NCBI GenBank assembly: GCA_903850425.1
Contig: CAINLR010000056.1
Coordinates: forward strand, 1,918-65,917
From: an uncultured Verrucomicrobia subdivision 3 bacterium
GTDB lineage: Bacteria; Verrucomicrobiota; Verrucomicrobiia; Limisphaerales; UBA11358
Length of the DNA: 64,000 nt
Direction: 5' to 3'
The notes below the pieces were generated by a model, which saw only the letters and a program-made list of their open reading frames with translations, ran no database searches and was not told the origin of the DNA. Below, in pieces: positions 49,560 to 57,159 of the stretch (positions within the stretch are counted from its first letter, which is position 1; every line of letters begins with the position of its first letter). The position numbers and the translations under genes were made by a program.

Positions 49560-50417
49560 TCACGGCGGAAAACCGATGGCCAGTTTCACCGCCGAATATT
49601 CGGGATGAATTTTCCCGTCGCGCGCCCGGATGATCAACTCCGGCTCGGTCCACGTCTGGCCGCGAAACCATTCAGGCAAATCCTCGGCGCGCATCATCCC
49701 GAACAAGGCGACGAGCGCCGGATCGCCTTCGCGGAAAACCACCGGCCGCTTGCGGACAATGACCAAGCCCGCCTCGCGGGCACCGGTCACCACGCGGGCG
49801 AGTTGCGCCGGTTCGTGCGGAAAGACGCAGGCAAAAAAGCCGCCGGGCGCGAGGTGCTTCGCGGCGGTCGTGCAATAATCCGCAATGGTTCCGCGCAGTT
49901 CAAAGCGGCAGGCGAGCTTCTGCGGATGCTCGCTCTCGACCCCGTCGCCGAGCGGAAAATACGGCGGACTGCCGGTGATGAGATCGAATGTTTCTTCGGC
50001 CAGGAGAACTTTTGGATCACGAAAATCGCCGGCGCGGATCTCGTAGCGATCCGTCAGCCCGTTGTAGCGTGCGGATTTTTTGGCGAGCGCCACGCTGTCG
50101 CTTTGCGCCTCGACGGTGACAAACTTCGCGCCGGGCAGACGCCACGCGCAAATCATGCCCACGCTGCCAATGCCGCTGCCGAGATCCAGCGCGGTGCGCG
50201 CGGTCGGACACCAGGTCGTGCCATACCATGCCGTCAAAATGTCGTCGGTGGAAAAGCGGTGGCCGTCGCGCAATTGAAACAAACGGAAATGCCCGCTGAT
50301 GGCGTCGAGGGTTTCGGGCGGCTCGACTTGGAGCGGAGCGTCGGCATCCCGCGCTCCCATCCCCGGCGGCACTGGCCCGGGCTTGGCCCAGCCTTTGAAA
50401 TGAGTTTCCGTTTTCAC
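49560..50417 (-). CDS. SAM-dependent methyltransferase, tRNA(adenine-N6)/YfiC-like
   Basis: RDGHRFSTDDILTAWYG, SAM motif ALDLGSGIGSVG, and catalytic ITGSPPYFP (NPPY-type). The GTG start overlaps the upstream stop (GTGA). Confidence 0.7.
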   Translation of the reverse strand: MKTETHFKGWAKPGPVPPGMGARDADAPLQVEPPETLDAISGHFRLFQLRDGHRFSTDDILTAWYGTTWCPTARTALDLGSGIGSVGMICAWRLPGAKFVTVEAQSDSVALAKKSARYNGLTDRYEIRAGDFRDPKVLLAEETFDLITGSPPYFPLGDGVESEHPQKLACRFELRGTIADYCTTAAKHLAPGGFFACVFPHEPAQLARVVTGAREAGLVIVRKRPVVFREGDPALVALFGMMRAEDLPEWFRGQTWTEPELIIRARDGKIHPEYSAVKLAIGFPP

Positions 50418-51346
50418 GACCCTGATTTGGCGGCCGGCTTGAGTGGTTCAATGTGGATCAGCACATCGCGGACGGAGGGGATTTGCGCCCGCACTTTATC
50501 TTTCACCTCGTGACCGATGTGATGCGAACGCTCCACCGTCATCAGCGGGTTCACCTCCACGTGCATGTCCACAAAGAACTGATACCCCATCTTGCGCACG
50601 AAGCACTTTTCCACACCGTCCACGCCAGGAATCGTCCGGGCGGCCGCGCGAATTTTCTCAATGAGTTCGCGGTCGGGCGAGCGATCCATCAGTTCATTCA
50701 CCGCCGGCAGCAGCAAGCGCCAACCGTTGAACCCGATGACGGCGGCGGCGGCGACAGCGGCCCAGTTGTCCGCCGCTTCATAACCTTTGCCGCCGATGAG
50801 CGAAATGCTGATGCCCAGAAACGCGGCCGACGACGTGATGGCGTCGCTGCGGTGATGCCACGCGTCGGTTTCGACGGCGGAACTTTCCACCGTTTCGGAT
50901 TCTTTTAACACGAAGCGGAACAGAATTTCCTTCACCGCGATGATCACAATCAAGATGACCAGCGTGTAAGCCGAAGGCGCGACGCGCGGCTCGTTCAATT
51001 GGTGCAGCGCCGTGAACGCGATCCAGCCGGCCGCCAGCAGCAGCATTACCGAGACGCTTGCGGCCGCGATGGGTTCGGCTTTGCCGTGGCCATAGGGGTG
51101 ATCGTCATCCGGCGGCGTCTCGGCGACGACGAGACCGCGCCAGACGATGATGGAACTGAAAATATCCGCGAGCGATTCGACCGCATCGGCAATGAGCGCC
51201 TGGGAATGGCCGAGAATGCCCGCGAGAAATTTCGCCACGACCAGCGTCACGTTCGCGGCGAGGCCGAGGAACGTGGCGCGGAGACTGCGTTGCAGACGGG
51301 CGGATGACACCGGGAAATTATTAACCACCGAACATAAGAAACACAC
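50414..51346 (-). CDS. cation diffusion facilitator (CDF) family metal efflux transporter
   Basis: HSQALIADAVESLADIFSS ... DDDHPYGHGKAEP ... DAWHHRSDAITS, plus the C-terminal cytoplasmic domain. The start (GTG 51346) is uncertain. Confidence 0.8.
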   Translation of the reverse strand: MCFLCSVVNNFPVSSARLQRSLRATFLGLAANVTLVVAKFLAGILGHSQALIADAVESLADIFSSIIVWRGLVVAETPPDDDHPYGHGKAEPIAAASVSVMLLLAAGWIAFTALHQLNEPRVAPSAYTLVILIVIIAVKEILFRFVLKESETVESSAVETDAWHHRSDAITSSAAFLGISISLIGGKGYEAADNWAAVAAAAVIGFNGWRLLLPAVNELMDRSPDRELIEKIRAAARTIPGVDGVEKCFVRKMGYQFFVDMHVEVNPLMTVERSHHIGHEVKDKVRAQIPSVRDVLIHIEPLKPAAKSGS

Positions 51347-51424
51347 GAAAGAAAACGCGGCCGCGGCTACGAACGAACCTCACGTGTCCGCCTTTCAAAT
51401 GCCCGGGCCGGCCCGCGCCGAGAT

Positions 51425-53713
51425 TCAATAAAGCAAGTTGGCTCCGAAATCTGGAGTTTTGCCGGCCAGAACTTCCTGAATCCATCCGTCCAATTTTTCC
51501 GGGTGAAATTTCCAGAACTTGCGGCAGCGCATGAAATGTTCGAGCACGACATCGCGTTCACCCTTTTTGAGGAGGTCGAGCGCTAAACTCATGTTCGGTC
51601 CAAAGCTGTCGAGCGTGGCGGAGCCATGACTCTGGCTGGAAGCGGTCAGATATTTTTTTGCTTCGGCAATCCGTCCTTCGCGCACAGCGATGCGGCCCAG
51701 CACGAGGTTGGCGTCTTGAACAGCGTTGCCGTCATTCCAGTTGTTCGTATATTTCGGGATCAACCCCATCAATTCCACGGCATAAGCCCGCGCTAGCTCA
51801 ATTTTACCGGCGGCGAAGTTTTCCTTGGCGGCATCACCCAGCGCGTAAAACCGCTTTTCTGCAGTGTCGGCGTGATCTATTTGTGTCGTCGCGCGCTGAA
51901 GGTGATGCAATGAGCCTGAAAGCGCATTGCTGAACTGCGATTTGAACAGCGGCAGATTGATGGCGATCATCAAGACCATTAAAACGCCGATCAGCCAGCG
52001 GACTTTGGCGGTGCCGCCGACGCTTGGCGGCGCGACAAACACAGCGCTGTCCGCTTCTTGACCTAGGCTGCGTTCGGCGTCGGCAAAACTTTTTTCGCGA
52101 AAATGTTTCCAGGCCACCGCCACCGACATGGCAACTTCCGCTTCCAGTTCAGTCCGGGGAATCAAGGCGGAACCCCGAAGTGTTTGCAGCGCCCGAATAT
52201 CTTTTTCGCCAAGCTGCGCCGACACACTGCCGTTGGCGTTCAAAATAATTTGCGAACGGCCTTGCCAGAGAAAATTGATGGTCAGATCCACCCAGCTCGT
52301 CCACTGGCCGAAGTCCGGCGATGGCAGTCGCAGCCGCAGTCCGCCCGCCGTCCAGCCAAAATGATTGGCCAGCCAGCGTGTGCCGAGGAAGCGGGCGAAA
52401 GCGAGCATTTCATCGCGACTGCACTGGGTGTCGGCCAACTGCGCCGCCGGATTCGAAAGTAGCTTTTCCAGTGCGCGCAGAAACAAATTGTAATCCATCC
52501 GCACCGGTCGTTGTCCGTAAAACGGCATCGCCAGCAAACTTTGTCCAAAGATGCAAACCATCACCCACTGCGGCAACCACAGGTTCAACGCCACTGCCAG
52601 ACAAGCGCCTGCCGTCATTATTTGTCCGCCGACTTGCGCGATGAAATACGGGTTGCGGACGAGGGTCAGTTGCCGCACCGAAAATGGAATCCACAGGGAG
52701 CAAAATAGAACCATCACCCACCAAAACGAAAAGCGGCTATTCAAATCCGGAAACATGTTTTTGGCGATCAACTGTTCAAAGATCAGCACTATAACGACGC
52801 CAGCAGCAACCGCCACGATGATGAAGGCGACCCGGCTGCGAAGATGCGAGCGGAACAACTGCGCGCGAAACCCTTTTTGGTCGCGAAAATTTTTCAACTC
52901 CAGTTGCGCGAACAGCCAGCTCGCCAGCAGTCCCGGCAGGATGAACGCAAAGGAGATCAGCGAGCCGAGCGGCAACAGCCATTTCGCCAGCCCGATTTTT
53001 GCCAAAGCAGCGGTGAGCGTCGCGCCGATGCCGCCCGCCGTCGCGGCCTTAGCGGAGGAAGTTGCCAGCACGCCGGCCATGACGGCGGGGACGATTGATT
53101 TTGCCGGGCGCAACTGCGTGAGCGAGCCTTCGAGTTTTTCCTCCAGCCGTTCGCGCATGGCGGCGCGGGCGCGGTGCAGGCGCACACGCAAGGCGGCTTC
53201 AGAAATGCCCAGCGCCGCTGCGGCTTCCGCGCCGCTCTTGCCTTCGAGATAAAACAGCACCAGACATTCACGATGCGCGGCGGGCAGTTCCGCCAAGGTT
53301 TGCCGCAACGTTTCCGGCGTGTGCAGCGGGTCAGCTTCCGGCGCAGCATTGTCTGCGGAGGAGTCGTCAAAAGTTTCCAGCGCCCAGCGTTCGCGCTTGT
53401 TGAGTTCGCGACGGTGGCGCAGGCCAAAATTGATGGCGACGCGGCGGGCGATGGTGTTGACCCAGCCGGAAAATTTCGCGCCGTCGCCGAGCAGCCACAG
53501 CCGCCGATACGCGCGGATGAACGCCTCCTGTGTGACTTCCTCTGCCAGCGCCGCGTCGCCGAGCCGGCTCCACGCGACCGCATAAACCCGGCGCTCATGC
53601 CGCTCCACGAGTTCGCGGTAGCGCTCGGCATCGCCGCCGCGCACGGCGGCCACGGCGGATTCATCCTGCTGCGCGTTGGGATTGGAACGCTCGGTCATTT
53701 CGATGGGCATCAT
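51425..53713 (-). CDS. ECF sigma factor fused to a polytopic membrane / C-terminal helical-repeat domain
   Basis: Residues 1-~195 are sigma-70 regions 2 and 4 (YRELVERHERRVYAVAW..., EVTQEAFIRAYR, SGAEAAAALGISEAALRVRLHRAR). About 7-8 TM helices follow, then a ~140-aa loop, one more TM helix and a ~170-aa TPR-like tail. It is a single uninterrupted 762-aa ORF. Confidence 0.8.
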   Translation of the reverse strand: MMPIEMTERSNPNAQQDESAVAAVRGGDAERYRELVERHERRVYAVAWSRLGDAALAEEVTQEAFIRAYRRLWLLGDGAKFSGWVNTIARRVAINFGLRHRRELNKRERWALETFDDSSADNAAPEADPLHTPETLRQTLAELPAAHRECLVLFYLEGKSGAEAAAALGISEAALRVRLHRARAAMRERLEEKLEGSLTQLRPAKSIVPAVMAGVLATSSAKAATAGGIGATLTAALAKIGLAKWLLPLGSLISFAFILPGLLASWLFAQLELKNFRDQKGFRAQLFRSHLRSRVAFIIVAVAAGVVIVLIFEQLIAKNMFPDLNSRFSFWWVMVLFCSLWIPFSVRQLTLVRNPYFIAQVGGQIMTAGACLAVALNLWLPQWVMVCIFGQSLLAMPFYGQRPVRMDYNLFLRALEKLLSNPAAQLADTQCSRDEMLAFARFLGTRWLANHFGWTAGGLRLRLPSPDFGQWTSWVDLTINFLWQGRSQIILNANGSVSAQLGEKDIRALQTLRGSALIPRTELEAEVAMSVAVAWKHFREKSFADAERSLGQEADSAVFVAPPSVGGTAKVRWLIGVLMVLMIAINLPLFKSQFSNALSGSLHHLQRATTQIDHADTAEKRFYALGDAAKENFAAGKIELARAYAVELMGLIPKYTNNWNDGNAVQDANLVLGRIAVREGRIAEAKKYLTASSQSHGSATLDSFGPNMSLALDLLKKGERDVVLEHFMRCRKFWKFHPEKLDGWIQEVLAGKTPDFGANLLY

Positions 53714-53749
53714 TTAACCGCAAGACAGCCGCGAAGGGAAATTGTTACA
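53714..53749 (-). promoter_or_regulatory. candidate promoter: TGTAACAA motif 28 nt upstream of the sigma-fusion start
   Basis: The minus strand reads gccc-TGTAACAA-tttcccttcgcggctgtcttgcggttaa-ATG. The same 8-mer sits in the same orientation before the kinase and ECF43 genes. Confidence 0.3.
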
Positions 53750-53942
53750 GGGCGGCATGAACCAGAGCCACCGGAGGAAACGGGCGAGCAGCGCATGGAA
53801 CGCTCAACTCCGTTGGCGCCGTTTCCTCCTATTAACAATCGCAGATCATTTCGACCGGACGCCGCTTTGCGCCAAGGGCAACTCCAGCCAAACTGATTAA
53901 AACCGTTGTGAACCGATACTGAACTGATAACCTCGCCGCCTT

Positions 53943-55466
53943 ATGAAGGAACGATCTGTTCGTCCCGCACGAACGTTTTTGAGGTTTTTGTTCAGTGGCT
54001 TTCTGCTGTGGATGCTGCTGCCCGCGCAGGTTCGGGCCTTTTCGCTGATCGGGCCTTACGCAAGCTGGATGGATGTGTCCAAGGGCTACCGCCAGCCGGG
54101 CGACATTGGCGGGCCGATGAATATTGGCGAGGGATACCGCTGGAACCTGCCGGTGGTCACCTACGGGTTTGACCGTTCTTTTCGGGATTACTTTGGTTCC
54201 AACGGCGTCGCGGCGGTGGAAAGTGCTTTCCAAGTGCTGAATCAAATTCCATCGGCGTCATCCATCAACCTCACGAACTATCCGGCCAATGTCTGGGGAA
54301 TAAATTATTCAGCCCAAGCCGGCAATGTCATAGACTTGAAGACCATGGCGTTGAGCCTGGTGCTGGAACACATGGGATTGGCGTCGCCTATCCGTTACGT
54401 TTTTTGCATTCGCGATTATCAATTAGTCTCCGGAGCCAATTACCTTTTCTATGTGACCGAACGGAACTTTGATCCGGCGACCGCGCAGCCTTCGCCTTAT
54501 ATCAACGACACCCTGTTCACTTACGAATTATTGCAGTTCACACCAACACCGACGCTGACAAACGTATTCTGCGACGCGGTCGCGTATCCGCCCGACCCAT
54601 TTGCGGGTTCGGTTTCGACGGTGACAGAATTCGTTCCCGATGTTGGCTTCTATGCCGCCAACCTCTCGCAAGATGATGTCGGTGGTCTTCGGTATTTGCT
54701 GAATGGCAATCAGGTGAACTTTGAAAGCCTGCTGTCCGATGTGTTGCCCTCAGACACCAACACGGTGCTGGTGCGCTCCGCTTATCGCCCGGGCATCGAA
54801 CACATCACCTTCGTGCTCCACCCGGCCAGCGCGTTAAGTGGCGCATTTCGTCCGTTCACCAACCAGTGGACGGATGTTTTCTACGATGAGGAGGATCTTC
54901 CGAACTATCAGTCAGTGAAGCGCGTCACCACCACCCCGGACATTCTGTTCACGGCGCATGATCTTGGCCCCACGATGCTATATCAAAGGACCGGCACCAC
55001 CAATTGGGAGAATAACGCTGATGCGAACGGCAACTTCGGCGGCGCGGGACCAGGAGTGATCCGGCCACTCGTCGTCATTGCGCTCAACAACACCATTCCG
55101 GCCTATTACAACGAAGGTTGGTCATTCCCAAGTAATATTATTCAAGGCGAATATACGGCCATGCAATTGCAGGCCTGGGCAAGCTTCGATGGTTCAACCA
55201 ATGCGCCTTTTGTATATCCGGCTGGACAAGTCTTGTTCCAGCCGACCCATGTTCGATTCAAATTGACTGTGGCCGGCAGCACCAATGCGTTTGCCTGGAC
55301 CCTGCCGGGAGTGGCGAATGGCCGCTTCCTGTTCCAGACAACCACGAACTGGAACGCGTGGACCACGCTGGCCTCCTTGACCAATTCCGGAGTCGCTTTT
55401 GATTTTATGTTTAAGGCCAGCACCAACGAGCCAAGCCGTTTCTTCCGCCTGTCACCGGCACCCTGA
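53943..55466 (+). CDS. secreted protein of unknown function with C-terminal FFRL-type domain
   Basis: Signal peptide LLWMLLPAQVRA, then FSLIGPYASWMDVSKGYRQPGDIGGPMNIGEGYRWNLPVVTYGFDRSF. The C-terminus ends SRFFRLSPAP. It is divergent from the sigma-fusion gene. Confidence 0.7.
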   Translation: MKERSVRPARTFLRFLFSGFLLWMLLPAQVRAFSLIGPYASWMDVSKGYRQPGDIGGPMNIGEGYRWNLPVVTYGFDRSFRDYFGSNGVAAVESAFQVLNQIPSASSINLTNYPANVWGINYSAQAGNVIDLKTMALSLVLEHMGLASPIRYVFCIRDYQLVSGANYLFYVTERNFDPATAQPSPYINDTLFTYELLQFTPTPTLTNVFCDAVAYPPDPFAGSVSTVTEFVPDVGFYAANLSQDDVGGLRYLLNGNQVNFESLLSDVLPSDTNTVLVRSAYRPGIEHITFVLHPASALSGAFRPFTNQWTDVFYDEEDLPNYQSVKRVTTTPDILFTAHDLGPTMLYQRTGTTNWENNADANGNFGGAGPGVIRPLVVIALNNTIPAYYNEGWSFPSNIIQGEYTAMQLQAWASFDGSTNAPFVYPAGQVLFQPTHVRFKLTVAGSTNAFAWTLPGVANGRFLFQTTTNWNAWTTLASLTNSGVAFDFMFKASTNEPSRFFRLSPAP

Positions 55467-55699
55467 GTTGCAGTTCCCAGCCAAACCACGGCAAAAGCCT
55501 CCGTGTTCGCCCTGAAACCGCCATCCTCTGCCCCGGCGCTTTGAAAATGGCACCGCTTCGCCGCGCGCGGTAAGAGCGATAATGCGACGGCGAGCCACAT
55601 CCGCAGCAAAGCGGTCAATAAAAGGACACGGACAGCGCGAGGCGCTGTCCGTGCGATGAGGAAAAGGACGCCGCCGAGGGACGTCCCTGCACGCGGACT

Positions 55700-56068
55700 T
55701 CACGGCCCGAGCGGTGCTTTTTTCGAGGGCTTGTTGGTTTTGCCGGTTTTACGTTCGCTTTTGCGCACGTAGCCAAAGGCGGCATACAACTCGCCGTCTT
55801 CGCCTTCTGCCGGGTCGCCCTTGACGGAGTTGACCACCAGGAGGACTTCCGCCAGGGAGACCACGTCGTTGTTGTCGCGTTCCACGGTGGCGGCGGTCAT
55901 TTGGTCATCGAGCTGGCCGATGAGCGTGCGGGCGTCGAGGCTCGGCTGCACCTTGGCCGTGAACTGCGCGAGCGTCATGCCCGCGAAGCTCTTGGTCGGA
56001 CGCAGATCCTTCCACGCCTTGATGATTGCGGTGATCTTGTTGCCATTGTCTTTAGGATTGCCTGCCAT
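55700..56068 (-). CDS. hypothetical protein (122 aa, Lys-rich tail)
   Basis: Intact ORF MAGNPKDNGNKITAIIKAWKDL... ending KSERKTGKTNKPSKKAPLGP. No family recognised. It lies downstream of the XRE gene and the 21-bp array. Confidence 0.5.
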   Translation of the reverse strand: MAGNPKDNGNKITAIIKAWKDLRPTKSFAGMTLAQFTAKVQPSLDARTLIGQLDDQMTAATVERDNNDVVSLAEVLLVVNSVKGDPAEGEDGELYAAFGYVRKSERKTGKTNKPSKKAPLGP

Positions 56069-56180
56069 ATCTGTTCACCTCCTTAAGTCCGGTTCCATAC
56101 CGGTTTTCAAATCGGGAAAAGGGTCGCGCTCTGGCGCGGACGCGGCTGCCGCTTTTGCAACAGAGCGGCGCTCTGGAGTG

Positions 56181-56290
56181 GAAGAAGCGTCCTCTTGCGC
56201 GGAGGAAGGGCGCTCCTGCGCACAAGAACGGTCTTCCTGCCCACAGGAGCAGCATTCATATACGGAGGAAGACTCCTCTTGGGCACAGGA
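56181..56290. repeat. five tandem 21-bp units, each with a short dyad
   Basis: The units are gaagaagcgtcctcttgcgcg, gaggaagggcgctcctgcgca, caagaacggtcttcctgccca, caggagcagcattcatatacg and gaggaagactcctcttgggca, plus a partial caggaatagg. The dyad is clearest in unit 5 (GAGGA-N4-TCCTC), weaker in units 1-3 and absent in unit 4. Confidence 0.7.
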
Positions 56291-56378
56291 ATAGGCTTCA
56301 TTTGGAAAAGAGCGCACCAGTTGGAGAGCTCGCCTGAAGAAACCTGCCTTTTTCCCTGCAAATCGCGGGATTATTGGT

Positions 56379-56759
56379 TCAACATGTAGGACGGTCGCAA
56401 CCATGCTGCTGATTTAACCACGGCAGTTCGCCCCGCGCCATGCAAGCATACTGGCAGGTCCGGCAACACGCGGGCTGGCGGGCCAGCCAGCCATCCACGG
56501 CCAGATTCAATTCGCCGTAGCTCAGGCCCAGGGCGCGGGCAATGCGGGCGATGATGTCCACCGTGGGGATGTTGATGTCGCTTTCGATGTTGCCGAGCAT
56601 CTGGCGGGAAACGCCGGACAAGGCGGCGAGCCGGTTGAGAGAAAGCGTGAGGTATTGCCGCCGGCGGCGGATGACCCCAGCCAAAGCGCGAGCCTCCGGC
56701 ATCACCAGATTCCGCGATACCAGCACCAGAGAGACCAGGTCTTTGTTCCGCTCATTCAT
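56379..56759 (-). CDS. XRE-family helix-turn-helix regulator with Cys-rich C-terminal tail
   Basis: HTH_3 pattern LTLSLNRLAALSGVSRQMLGNIESDINIPTVDIIARIARALG. The tail is ACCRTCQYACMARGELPWLNQQHGCDRPTC (seven Cys and one His). The start is ATG 56759, with 56795 as an alternative. Confidence 0.7.
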   Translation of the reverse strand: MNERNKDLVSLVLVSRNLVMPEARALAGVIRRRRQYLTLSLNRLAALSGVSRQMLGNIESDINIPTVDIIARIARALGLSYGELNLAVDGWLARQPACCRTCQYACMARGELPWLNQQHGCDRPTC

Positions 56760-56911
56760 GGACCTGCCCGAAAGACAAGGAATTTCCGCGAGCATGGCAG
56801 GCGGGACGATTGACGTCCACCGGAATTTTCAGCCACGGAATTTCACGAAGGAAACCCGGATGGAAATGTCGGTGGGGCGGGCCTCCGCGTCTGGGACTGG
56901 GTTCCGAGAAT

Positions 56912-57137
56912 AGCCCAGCCTTTCAAGGCTGGGCTGGCGTTGGCCGCGAACAGAAAGTCCCGGCCGGGACGAAAGAACCCTTCTGCCGCCCCGGCCGGGA
57001 CGCGAGCAGGGTGCCGCAGCCAATCTACGGCTGAAGCCGTGGGCAATTATCAAGAATCGCCCGCCGGGGTGACGCGCGACCATTGGTGGCTGGCATTGCC
57101 AGTGACGGGGAAAAGCAGCCGCCAGTCCTCTGGCGCT
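56912..57137. repeat. cluster of GC-rich hairpins / short direct repeats (REP-like)
   Basis: AGCCCAGCC-tttcaa-GGCTGGGCT (56912-56935). The palindromic CCCGGCCGGGACG occurs twice (56959 and 56990). ACGGCTgaAGCCGT (57027-57040). CCTCTGGCGCT (57127) also occurs at 43940. Confidence 0.5.
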
Positions 57138-57159
57138 TTCCGAGGCGCGCGGGTGGAGG

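Noticed and set aside
55821-56404. ORFs 55821..56294 (+) and 56075..56404 (-) encoding Cys/Glu-rich heptad repeats, considered as a repeat peptide or RiPP precursor
   Set aside because: The same repeat reads as a similar peptide on both strands, which is a by-product of the dyad-containing 21-bp DNA repeat. Both ORFs overlap neighbouring genes and lack a convincing start context. Ribosome profiling would be needed to overturn this.
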